Below the pieces are notes generated by a model. The model was not told where the DNA came from. It was given only the letters and a program-made list of their open reading frames with translations, and did not search any database. Position numbers and translations under genes: made by a program. From a bacterium (GTDB taxonomy: Bacteria > Patescibacteriota > Dojkabacteria > B142 > OLB20), in assembly GCA_021463645.1 (NCBI GenBank), contig JAJTYI010000006.1, forward strand, positions 53,692 through 117,691: a DNA stretch of 64,000 nt. The letters run 5' to 3'. This document shows positions 45,202 to 54,180 of the stretch, in pieces. Each line of letters begins with the position of its first letter. Positions within the stretch are counted from its first letter, which is position 1.

Positions 45202-46926
45202 TTATTCCTTGAAAAAACTTAATTTCTTGAGCGTTCTGACGATAAAGCGCATAAATACATTAACCTCCTCAATTCGAAGAAGTTTGCAAGTAATTAGATA
45301 TATTCCAAATGCTGTCAATGCTGTGGTTGCTGTTAGGAGTATCAGTTGAACAGTTTTATCAGTTTGAAGAATTCCTTCCCAGACCTTCGCCATCGTATAC
45401 GCGCTAGTCATCATTACCAAAGTTGCAAATAGTTTGATTATCATTTCCTTGCCCAAACCTCGTAAATTTGTAATTACTTTCTTGTATCTCAAAATAAATA
45501 GTAATAGGAAAAACTCAGCACTAAAGACCAAACTAGAACTCAATGCCAATCCTCCAACTGCAAGTGGTCCGTCTGACCTATTAAAAAAGTATGATGGATT
45601 GAAAGTAATTTTTAAAATCGAAAACTCGTAGAAATTGCTGAAGTAATTTGTCAAAAGGATTCCCGTGATGACTCCAAAGATTAGAACGAAGACACTTGAT
45701 ATTAGAGGCACTATAGAATTATGAATTGCAAAATATACTCTAAACAAAGTTGTGCGTAGAGTTTCCAGACTAATTCCTATGGCGAAAAACATCAAAACCC
45801 AAGAAACTTGTAAAGTGTCTGCCCAGGTAAAGCTACCTCCTAGGATTCCATACACCAAACGAACGATCGGCACTCTCAAAATTATAAATAATCCACTCAC
45901 TGGTAGAGCCAAAAATAATACCTGATTAATAATCTTCCTCACAAGAATTTCAAATTCAATCTTTGAGCCATTAGACCATAACCTTGAAAGTGATGGGAAC
46001 GAGGCAATTGCATAAGATGTTCCAAACAAGTTGAGAGGAATTGCTGTTAATCGAAGTGCATATTGATATGATGCTAATGAACCGACAGTCAAACTGAACG
46101 ATATTAAAGTGTCTGCAATCCTAGCAACCTCTTCTACACTAAGACCTAGAACTCGAGGCAATCCTAATTTCATCGCCTCCATAAAATTCTTGTCGCGAAG
46201 ATTGATATAAAGGAATCTATAGCCAATTTTTAACTGTCTCCATAATGGAATTTGTACAAGAAGATGTAATACAGCTCCAATCAGTGTACCCCAAACTAGA
46301 GCCCAAATCTTATCGTCCACGATGGGGATAAGAAAGATTATTCCAATTATCTTTCCAAGATTATAGAGTAGCGGTGCTAGTTGAGGAATAATAAATCTAT
46401 GATGGATATTTAAACCAGAGGACAAGAAAGCACTAGCCCCTAGAATTATTTGTGGGATTAATAAAATTCTAGTCATCAAAATGACATTATCTATGTCGTC
46501 GGGTGATAAATCTCCACTTCTCTGAGTAATTTCAACTGCGAACGGAACAGTGAATTTGGCAAAAATCATGACCAAGACCGAAAGGAATACAAAGAGCAAC
46601 ATTCCTAGATTCATTATCGTGCTAAATGACGATGAGAACTTTTCGTCTCCTTCTTTTTCTTTGATTTTGACCAAAACTGGAATTATTGAGCCGGAGATTG
46701 CGCCGAGCAAAATAATATTCGTGATTGTTTCGGGAACTGCTGATGCAAGATAAAAAAGATCGAGATCTGCTGATGCTCCAAACTGAGAGGAGACCAATGA
46801 AAGAAAAACCATACCAACAATCTTGGTAGCAAAAAGCAGAACCATCAACATTGCGGCCGCTGAGAGTATCTCGTTTTGCTCCCTAGTCAGAATACTTCTG
46901 ATTGAAGATATGGTCTTCTTTACCAT
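45202..46926 (-). CDS. murJ: Lipid II flippase MurJ (MviN family)
   Basis: QFGASADLDLFYLASAVPETITNIILLGAISGSIIPVL matches the MurJ N-terminal motif. It has about 14 hydrophobic helices. Confidence 0.8.
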   Translation of the reverse strand: MVKKTISSIRSILTREQNEILSAAAMLMVLLFATKIVGMVFLSLVSSQFGASADLDLFYLASAVPETITNIILLGAISGSIIPVLVKIKEKEGDEKFSSSFSTIMNLGMLLFVFLSVLVMIFAKFTVPFAVEITQRSGDLSPDDIDNVILMTRILLIPQIILGASAFLSSGLNIHHRFIIPQLAPLLYNLGKIIGIIFLIPIVDDKIWALVWGTLIGAVLHLLVQIPLWRQLKIGYRFLYINLRDKNFMEAMKLGLPRVLGLSVEEVARIADTLISFSLTVGSLASYQYALRLTAIPLNLFGTSYAIASFPSLSRLWSNGSKIEFEILVRKIINQVLFLALPVSGLFIILRVPIVRLVYGILGGSFTWADTLQVSWVLMFFAIGISLETLRTTLFRVYFAIHNSIVPLISSVFVLIFGVITGILLTNYFSNFYEFSILKITFNPSYFFNRSDGPLAVGGLALSSSLVFSAEFFLLLFILRYKKVITNLRGLGKEMIIKLFATLVMMTSAYTMAKVWEGILQTDKTVQLILLTATTALTAFGIYLITCKLLRIEEVNVFMRFIVRTLKKLSFFKE

Positions 46927-46943
46927 AAGTCATTAGGTTTATA

Positions 46944-49034
46944 TCAATTTAAACCCTTCATGGAGAAACTTATTCTACCATTTTCTAGTTTTATTACTTT
47001 AACTTTTACAGTTTGGCCTTCTTTTACAATTTCTTCAGGATTTGAAACAAACTTATCGCTCATTTCGGATTTGTGAACTAATCCCGAGATATTTGGAGTT
47101 ACATCTACGAAGGCTCCGTATTCTTTAACAGAAGCAACTTTCCCTTCATAAATCTTTCCAATTTCTGGTTCTACCACAATATCCTTTACCATAGCTTTGG
47201 CAAGTCGTCTCTGCTCTTCATCCATTGAAGTTATTGTTACTGTTCCATCATCTTGAATATCAATCTCTACATCACCTCCAGCTTTTTCTACAATTCCTTT
47301 TATGACTTTTCCACCTGGACCTATTAACTCACCGATTTTCTCTTGAGCGATTTTTATTACATCCACTTTAGGCGCATATTCACTTACTGATTTTCTAGGT
47401 TCAGCAATCACAGCTGTCATAGCTTTCAAAATTTCAAGTCTAGCTTCTTTTGATTTGATGAATGCTTCTTTCATAATCTCAACAGGAATACCTCTGAGCT
47501 TATTATCAAGTTGAATCGCTGTGATTCCTTTGTCGGTACCGGTAACTTTAAAATCCATGTCTCCATAGAAATCTTCGACATCCTCTAGATCAACTATCAA
47601 TTTATAGTTTTTCTCGTCATTGTCTGTTACCAACCCGACAGAGATTCCACCAACTGGTGCTTTTATAGCAACTCCAGCATCCATCAATGCTAATGTAGTT
47701 CCACAAGTTGCTGCCATAGAGCTTGAGCCCTGTTGTGAAAGGATTTCCGAAACAACTCGAAGAGTGTATGGGAATTTATCGACTTCAGGAATCATTTTCA
47801 ATAATGCATTTTCTCCTATATTCCCATGACCGACTTCACGTCTACCTGGAATATAATTAAATCTTCCAGCCAATCCTAGGGAATAGTTCGGTCCATTGTA
47901 GTGGTGCATCCATCTTTTTGCATCTTCTCCCTCGAAACTTTCAAGTTGTTGTACCAACCTTGTAGATCCAAGTGTGACTACTGAAAGACATTGAGTATTA
48001 CCTCTTTGGAAAATTGCGGATCCATGAACTCTAGGTAGTACTCCGACTTCAATATAAAGTGGTCTAATTTCGTCCAGTTTTCTGCCTGTAACTCTTTTTT
48101 CCTCTGTCAAAATGAGATTTCGAACATATTTCTTAGCTACATATTCTAAAGCGGAAGCAATGGAACCTGCATCCCATCCCTCTTCTTCTTTATGAGCCTC
48201 TAAAACCTCATCTCTAATTTCTTGCATCAAGTTGTCTCTATTCTCCTTGTCCAACATTGCCTGCTCTAATTTCTTCATGTAATTGTCCTGAAGATCTTGG
48301 ATTATTTCTTCATTAGGAGTTTGGTCAACAAATTCAACCTTCTCTTTGCCCATTTCCTTTGTGATTTCTTCCTGAACATCAAGAAGGGGTTTCATCCCAG
48401 CTAATGCAAAATCAATCAAACCAAACATTTTATCCTCAGGATATTCATTACCGAAACCTTCAATGTTTAATATTCTCTTGTCATTCCTAGCAGAAATAAT
48501 GAATTCAGAGTCAAATTCGTCAGTTTCTGTTAAGTTTGATGGGTTTAAAATCATTTCACCGTCTTTTACTCCAATAACAACACTAGCGACAGGCCCCATA
48601 AATGGAACATCTGAATTCATAAGTGCAAGTGAGGCTGAGGTAACCGCCAAAGTCTCTGGATCATGAACATTGTCATAAGCTAAAACTGTAACGGTAACAC
48701 TTACTTCGTTTTTATATCCGTGGGGAAAGAGAGATCTTAATGAATGATCGATTTGACGTGCCTTCAAGACCGCGTCATCACTAGGCCATCTTTCTCTTTT
48801 TTGGAATCTTGATCCGGAAATTCTTCCACCAGCATAGAATTTTTCAATATATTCTATTGATAATGGGAAGTAATCTAAATTTGGGTTTTCTCGACCAACA
48901 GTTACGATAGTAAGAACTACAGTCTCTCCCATTTGAGCCCATACTGTAGAATTGGCTCTTGGAGCAAGTCCGCCGAGTTTGAAAGTCAGCTTTTTGCCGT
49001 TAAAGTCTATGGATTTTGTGTATTGTTTATCCAT
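46944..49034 (-). CDS. pnp: Polyribonucleotide nucleotidyltransferase (PNPase)
   Basis: Two RNase PH domains (RPLYIEVGVLPRVHGSAIFQRG, GSSSMAATCGTTLALMDAGV), a KH domain (IGELIGPGGKVIKGI) and an S1 domain (GKIYEGKVASVKEYGAFV). Confidence 0.95.
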   Translation of the reverse strand: MDKQYTKSIDFNGKKLTFKLGGLAPRANSTVWAQMGETVVLTIVTVGRENPNLDYFPLSIEYIEKFYAGGRISGSRFQKRERWPSDDAVLKARQIDHSLRSLFPHGYKNEVSVTVTVLAYDNVHDPETLAVTSASLALMNSDVPFMGPVASVVIGVKDGEMILNPSNLTETDEFDSEFIISARNDKRILNIEGFGNEYPEDKMFGLIDFALAGMKPLLDVQEEITKEMGKEKVEFVDQTPNEEIIQDLQDNYMKKLEQAMLDKENRDNLMQEIRDEVLEAHKEEEGWDAGSIASALEYVAKKYVRNLILTEEKRVTGRKLDEIRPLYIEVGVLPRVHGSAIFQRGNTQCLSVVTLGSTRLVQQLESFEGEDAKRWMHHYNGPNYSLGLAGRFNYIPGRREVGHGNIGENALLKMIPEVDKFPYTLRVVSEILSQQGSSSMAATCGTTLALMDAGVAIKAPVGGISVGLVTDNDEKNYKLIVDLEDVEDFYGDMDFKVTGTDKGITAIQLDNKLRGIPVEIMKEAFIKSKEARLEILKAMTAVIAEPRKSVSEYAPKVDVIKIAQEKIGELIGPGGKVIKGIVEKAGGDVEIDIQDDGTVTITSMDEEQRRLAKAMVKDIVVEPEIGKIYEGKVASVKEYGAFVDVTPNISGLVHKSEMSDKFVSNPEEIVKEGQTVKVKVIKLENGRISFSMKGLN

Positions 49035-49180
49035 TTATAAAAAACTAATAAGTAAATATTAGCCTTCATAATGATAGGGATCTAGGATTTGTGGAGGAAT
49101 CTGTAAGAGGATTAAAATTCATTTGAATACTCTTTAAATTCCTTCACCTAACATCCTTTCTCGTTTATGAAGACTTAAAT

Positions 49181-49189
49181 ATTATACCA
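49181..49189 (-). promoter_or_regulatory. Candidate extended -10 promoter element (TGGTATAAT) for pnp
   Basis: A perfect TGnTATAAT on the minus strand lies about 150 nt upstream of the pnp ATG, implying a long leader. Confidence 0.35.
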
Positions 49190-49234
49190 TTCATAGACTA
49201 GTGGTAGAAAGTAATAGTTTAGATTCTCCTGTGA

Positions 49235-51313
49235 CTATTTAGCTTCGTATTGGAAATATCCATTGCAGTGCAGCAATTCTGTGGAATAATATCCTCCTAC
49301 ACATGCCCCAGCCGAGCTGTTCCAGGTTCCTGTCGAAAGTGTGGTTGGATCTTCTGTTTGATAAACAGTTGTACCCAATGTCAATTTATCTATATAGACA
49401 TCTACCGAACCATCTCCGTTAGCTAATTTCACTTTTATTTCTGATATTCCGACAGGAACTGTGTGGGTATATCTATAATCTGCATAGGTCGTCGAATTTA
49501 CCGTAAAAGTCTGAACAGTGGGTTGAACTGTTGTAGGATTACCAATTTTTAATTCTACCTTAGGCCATGCACCTGCTACTGATAAACCATTTCTTGCTTT
49601 TGCACGTATCACAATACTTGTTGATTTATTTAATGAATTTGAAGTGGTAGGTGTTACATTATTCGATAATTCGACTGCACCAATATCCGGAACATCTACT
49701 CGATTGTTTCTGAAATAGTCTATCTGTCTTGCTTCAGTTGGAATAGCAACTCCAATTGTACTACCTGCAGTCGTACCTGTACCTACTGCCTTGCTTCCGT
49801 TTACTAAGCGATAGTTATTAATATTCAAAGCTGTAACTAATTCGTCGACATTGATTTCATCTGGACCGATAACAGGATACTTAAGGTTCAACATTACAAC
49901 GGCATTCGATAAGCCTGGATCGTTTGTATATACATCCCCACCTCCCTTAACGGTGTTCGGGACATTTTGTAATGGCCACAGATTGTTCCTAAAGGTCACT
50001 TTATCATTGGAAGATAATTTGACATTAATTTTAGAAGTAGGATTTTTTCTAGTATCAATTATATTATTTTCAAAAAGCGCAGTTAGGGCAGGATCACCTG
50101 AACCTGTGACCGCAGAATGCGTAATCCTAAGAATTGTGGTCAAGTCTTTTCCGGCAACCAATGTATTGTTACCGAAATAAATATTATTGTTATTGGAGAT
50201 GTACTTGCTATTGGCTCCTGCAATAAAGAACATTGTATTGATTATCATATTGTTGTAAATCAATATGTTTGTATTAGGCACTTTTCCCATCTTCAAATGT
50301 CCTTTTTCATTTCTTAAACCAAATCTCCATTCTCCATTTGTCACATCATCCTCCGTACCTCCCGCAGCTATTTTTTTCTCTTCTGGAGCATAGAAAAGAT
50401 TATTCCGTACAGTTGAACCTTCTATCATTCCAGCATAAAAACTATTCTTATTTCCGATCAAAACATTATTTTCGAATATGAAGTTTTTACTACCGGGCTG
50501 TGGAGATACTTCTCCTTCTCCCCAAGCAATGATATTTCCCCTTACCAGGGTGTTATTACCTCCAAAAGACGTACTAACATTTACACAATATTTCTTAACA
50601 TTCGGTACACCACAGGCCCCTTCGACTCTCACATTGTATTCGTCACCAAAAGATGCTCGGAGGATAGTATTATCCAAGAACTTATTATTATTCATTTGAT
50701 TGGGGTACACTCCATCGATTATTTCAGGCCTAGCAAATATTGAAGAGTTAAAGGTCCAATCTATTTTGTTATTTTTAATTTCATTATTATCTGATTTTCC
50801 CGAATTTCCTGAAGTGGAAAAAGATATACCCCTACCACACGAATATCTTATATAAAGTCCATCAATTGTTACGTTGCTGAGATTTGTGAAAGTGACTAAT
50901 GGAGCGTATTCGCCAATACTTTTACATTTATTATTCCATTGTGTAACTATATTATTCCAGTCCCCGCTTAATAACGATGGTGGAAAGCCACCATCAATGA
51001 TTGCCTTATGTTTAGTTTCTGACTTCCATGTAGTATTTGCAACATAAATTGTTAAGACTTCCCTGTATATCCCGTTTTTTAATATTACGGTATCACCTGG
51101 TAAAATTTTTGAATTAGCTTTTGCGAAGGTTTTCCAAGGGTTTACACTTGTACCAGCATTGTTGTCATTTCCTGTGGGAGATACATAATATATGCTTGCT
51201 GCACTATCATCCTCCGGCGCCCATTCTCTATATACAAGTAGGCTGGTCACGAGTAATAAAATTAAACTTACTGCAACTAGACCAACTGATATTATTTCTT
51301 TTCTCATTTTCAA
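49235..51313 (-). CDS. Membrane-anchored secreted right-handed parallel beta-helix protein (putative polysaccharide lyase/hydrolase) with a C-terminal CBM-like module
   Basis: A signal anchor is followed by YREWAPEDDSAA. YYVSPTGNDNNAGTSVNPWKTFAKANSKILPGDTVILKNGIY is a typical beta-helix entry motif. Repeated asparagine-ladder rungs are present (ENNVLIGNKN, RNNLFYAPE, YNNMIINT). There is no dockerin-like tail. Confidence 0.7.
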   Translation of the reverse strand: MKMRKEIISVGLVAVSLILLLVTSLLVYREWAPEDDSAASIYYVSPTGNDNNAGTSVNPWKTFAKANSKILPGDTVILKNGIYREVLTIYVANTTWKSETKHKAIIDGGFPPSLLSGDWNNIVTQWNNKCKSIGEYAPLVTFTNLSNVTIDGLYIRYSCGRGISFSTSGNSGKSDNNEIKNNKIDWTFNSSIFARPEIIDGVYPNQMNNNKFLDNTILRASFGDEYNVRVEGACGVPNVKKYCVNVSTSFGGNNTLVRGNIIAWGEGEVSPQPGSKNFIFENNVLIGNKNSFYAGMIEGSTVRNNLFYAPEEKKIAAGGTEDDVTNGEWRFGLRNEKGHLKMGKVPNTNILIYNNMIINTMFFIAGANSKYISNNNNIYFGNNTLVAGKDLTTILRITHSAVTGSGDPALTALFENNIIDTRKNPTSKINVKLSSNDKVTFRNNLWPLQNVPNTVKGGGDVYTNDPGLSNAVVMLNLKYPVIGPDEINVDELVTALNINNYRLVNGSKAVGTGTTAGSTIGVAIPTEARQIDYFRNNRVDVPDIGAVELSNNVTPTTSNSLNKSTSIVIRAKARNGLSVAGAWPKVELKIGNPTTVQPTVQTFTVNSTTYADYRYTHTVPVGISEIKVKLANGDGSVDVYIDKLTLGTTVYQTEDPTTLSTGTWNSSAGACVGGYYSTELLHCNGYFQYEAK

Positions 51314-51348
51314 TTATTTAAATTCTCAATCTTTTAATTTCTTCATTT

Positions 51349-51594
51349 TTATAACGCGCAACTAGTCTTCGGATAATACCTCTGTGCAAATCCTATCCCT
51401 GCTCCTCCAAAGTCCGCTATGTTTAGTTTTCCATCTTTATTTACATCTCTTCCTCCGCATGGACCATAATCTACGTCTTTATCTGCACAGATATTTTTCC
51501 CCATACCATACATTTGAGCGAATTGTGCAAAGTCAGCTATGGTGAATCTTCCATTTCCATCCGTGTCTGCTTTTCCGCATATGTTTCCAGATGG
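51349..51594 (-). repeat. Dockerin-like module copy 1 (coding, conserved at DNA level)
   Basis: It encodes NICGKADTDGNGRFTIADFAQFAQMYGMGKNICADKDVDYGPCGGRDVNKDGKLNIADFGGAGIGFAQRYYPKTSCAL. By eye, about four fifths of nucleotides are identical to copies 2 and 3. Confidence 0.75.
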
Positions 51595-53913
51595 CGGAGG
51601 AGTGTCTGTGACACTAGGAGGTGGGGTCGGAGTTCTCGAAATAGTGGGGGAATTCGACACGCCTACGGAGGGCGTTGCAGCACCTTCAGCCTGTATGACA
51701 AATTCCTCAAAACAACTACTTACTTCTTCATTGTTTTCATATACTTTCGCCGTATTAGATACTGTATCTCCTTGATCTCCAATAAGCTTGGCCTTGTATA
51801 TCATCTCTGGCAAATTTGAAGTCACTTCACACTCGAGAAATTTAATAATTTGTGCTTCACTATCATCTGGACTTAACTCCTTTTCAATAACTTTGGCTGT
51901 CAGAATTATCCCCAGACCTAAAGTTATCAAACCTGTAATTAATGCTAGTTTTTTTCTATAACTTAATTTACTGTTTCCGATTACAAGTAAAATCATAAAT
52001 AATAAAACTAACCCAACTACTATCTCAGGGATTCCTTTTACTCTTATGCTACTTGCCCCTAGTACTTGTTCACTTTTTTCTAAGCAATACGCTGGCTTTT
52101 CAACTATCTCTGTATCGTCCGAGTAATAGTCTTTAATTTTTATTGTTCCATTAGGTCCTTCAGGCCAATCGAATCTCAATTTATATGTTACTTGCGAATC
52201 TTTAATAGGTCCGTTATCTGCAAATTCAGCTTTTTTTGATACACACAAAACAGTTTCATCTAATGGAGCCTGTTCTATTCCATCTGATTCATGTGCTCCT
52301 ACATCTGGATTGTCTCCTCGTACATTGCCAAAATAATCTTGATTTAGATAATCTCGATATAAATTCTCAAAACGACTTTTATCACTTGTGGGAACACTAT
52401 TAGGCATAGTCACTGAACCAGAATTAACGGCTGGAGAATTATTAGCAAGCATTGCCCAACGTTTAATATTATTTAATTGAGCAGTTGACAATTCCCAGGG
52501 TTTCGTCTTGTCACCAAGAAAAGCTGTATGATCATAGTTGCCCAAAAATGGGAGTGAATTCACCTTCGTAATCCCCTCTGTAAAACCTGGATTACTATCA
52601 GTCATGTTATTTGCAAAGATAATTTTATTCAATGCAACAGCACCTGAACTTGTTAAACTTGCTCGTGTATCCACAAATTTAAACAAATTATTTAGAAACA
52701 ATACAGATTCTCCATAATCTCCTGCATCACTTTGCAGTTGTACAAATTTTGCAGCTTTAGCATCATTACCCTCCTTCTTACGTGCATCAATGAAAGTATT
52801 ATTTGCGACAATCAGACTCTGGGATGGTCTTTGGGATGTTTGCGTAGTGGCTACAAAATGAACGGTACAACCCATAACGATATTATTTATTGCAGCATTA
52901 TTACCGCCCAAATCGTCACTATTGTGGCCCCTTTCCTGTCTAAAAGTAATTGCAGTACCAAGATTATCGTCACGTCTATCGTATTCACTATGCCAGGATG
53001 GTTTTTCTCCGCTACAAATTACTAAATTTCGATGAAATAATATGTTTGATGCATGATTTACGTAGAATGAAGTATGCGAATTTTCGGAGAATAGATTATC
53101 TTCAACAATAACTTGATTAGCATCCTTATGTACATCAAGACCTTCTCCAAAGTTCCTATAGAGCTTATTATAACGGTATGCACCCTCCGCCACAAGGTTA
53201 AACTGAGCACCAGTGCCTCCTTGACCTTCGCGATCTAAATTCGGATTCCATGTCGGATCAATAACGTTTTTTTTCACATTGTCGTATATATCTGAATGTT
53301 CCATTCGTATTCTTTGACTAGGTCCACTGTTACTTGGAACACCGATCCCCCAGTTCCAGTTGTCATAAGCTTTCAAATTTATAAAGTCGATGTTGTTGGA
53401 AACCTGTGCGGTAAATCCATTGTTGGATTTAGTGACCTCAATACCCATCACTCTTATAAAACTCGAATTAGTTATTGTGATAGTACCGTTAGAATAATTA
53501 GTACCTTGTATTACTACCCTCTTATCCGGTTCGTATCCACCAATAGTAATCCATGCATTATTATTTCCATTCTTATTCGTGAGGCTAACACTACCTGGAT
53601 ATTTAGTGCCATCAGAATAACCTTTGATACAAAGTTTTTTTCCCGCAGTTAAAACGTCCACACCCTTCTGTATTGTGCCAAATGGGCTCGCTTCTGTACC
53701 CGGATTATTGTCACTTCCTTGTTTTGAAACAAAATAACTACATTCTGCCTTAGGTATAAAGAGGCAATTATTATCTTTTGAACCATCAGCCTTAAGAGGA
53801 CAAAATGGTGTCATAAACTGATTCGAAATAGGCTGCCTATACGCCTTAATAGGAGTCGGTCCAATTAATGCGAACGTGAGAAGAGTCAAGAAAAGAAAAA
53901 ATAATTTATTCAT
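51349..53913 (-). CDS. Secreted beta-helix protein with an internal TM hairpin, a small domain, a Pro/Thr linker and a C-terminal dockerin-like module (possible gene fusion)
   Basis: The signal peptide is MNKLFFLFLTLLTFALIGPTPIKA. FVSKQGSDNNPGTEASPFGTIQKGVDVL is a beta-helix entry motif. Internally there are two TM helices separated by NSKLSYRKK. The linker is TPTPPPSVTDTPPPS and the C-terminus is CGKADTDGNGRF...SCAL. Confidence 0.65.
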   Translation of the reverse strand: MNKLFFLFLTLLTFALIGPTPIKAYRQPISNQFMTPFCPLKADGSKDNNCLFIPKAECSYFVSKQGSDNNPGTEASPFGTIQKGVDVLTAGKKLCIKGYSDGTKYPGSVSLTNKNGNNNAWITIGGYEPDKRVVIQGTNYSNGTITITNSSFIRVMGIEVTKSNNGFTAQVSNNIDFINLKAYDNWNWGIGVPSNSGPSQRIRMEHSDIYDNVKKNVIDPTWNPNLDREGQGGTGAQFNLVAEGAYRYNKLYRNFGEGLDVHKDANQVIVEDNLFSENSHTSFYVNHASNILFHRNLVICSGEKPSWHSEYDRRDDNLGTAITFRQERGHNSDDLGGNNAAINNIVMGCTVHFVATTQTSQRPSQSLIVANNTFIDARKKEGNDAKAAKFVQLQSDAGDYGESVLFLNNLFKFVDTRASLTSSGAVALNKIIFANNMTDSNPGFTEGITKVNSLPFLGNYDHTAFLGDKTKPWELSTAQLNNIKRWAMLANNSPAVNSGSVTMPNSVPTSDKSRFENLYRDYLNQDYFGNVRGDNPDVGAHESDGIEQAPLDETVLCVSKKAEFADNGPIKDSQVTYKLRFDWPEGPNGTIKIKDYYSDDTEIVEKPAYCLEKSEQVLGASSIRVKGIPEIVVGLVLLFMILLVIGNSKLSYRKKLALITGLITLGLGIILTAKVIEKELSPDDSEAQIIKFLECEVTSNLPEMIYKAKLIGDQGDTVSNTAKVYENNEEVSSCFEEFVIQAEGAATPSVGVSNSPTISRTPTPPPSVTDTPPPSGNICGKADTDGNGRFTIADFAQFAQMYGMGKNICADKDVDYGPCGGRDVNKDGKLNIADFGGAGIGFAQRYYPKTSCAL

Positions 53914-53934
53914 AATATTTTAATTTATTAATCA

Positions 53935-54180
53935 TCACAAAGCACAGCTAGTCTTAGGATAATACCTTTGTGCAAATCCTATCCCTGCACCTCCAAAGTC
54001 TGCAATATTTAGATTTCCGTCTTTGTTAACATCTCTCCCTCCGCAAGGACCATAATCTACGTCTTTATCTGCACATGTTTTTCTTCCAGTACCATACATT
54101 TGAGCAAATCCAGCAAAGTCTGCAATACTGAATCTCCCATCTCCATCCACATCTGCCTTTCCACAAATATTCCCGGTAAT
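53935..54180 (-). repeat. Dockerin-like module copy 2
   Basis: It encodes NICGKADVDGDGRFSIADFAGFAQMYGTGRKTCADKDVDYGPCGGRDVNKDGNLNIADFGGAGIGFAQRYYPKTSCAL. Confidence 0.75.

Noticed and set aside
52732-53652. Plus-strand ORFs of 97 aa and 118 aa lie opposite the 51349..53913 gene. Similar ORFs lie opposite the other beta-helix genes (49851..50317, 54653..54904, 56643..57264).
   Set aside because: They are shadow ORFs opposite paralog-supported frames and have no motifs.
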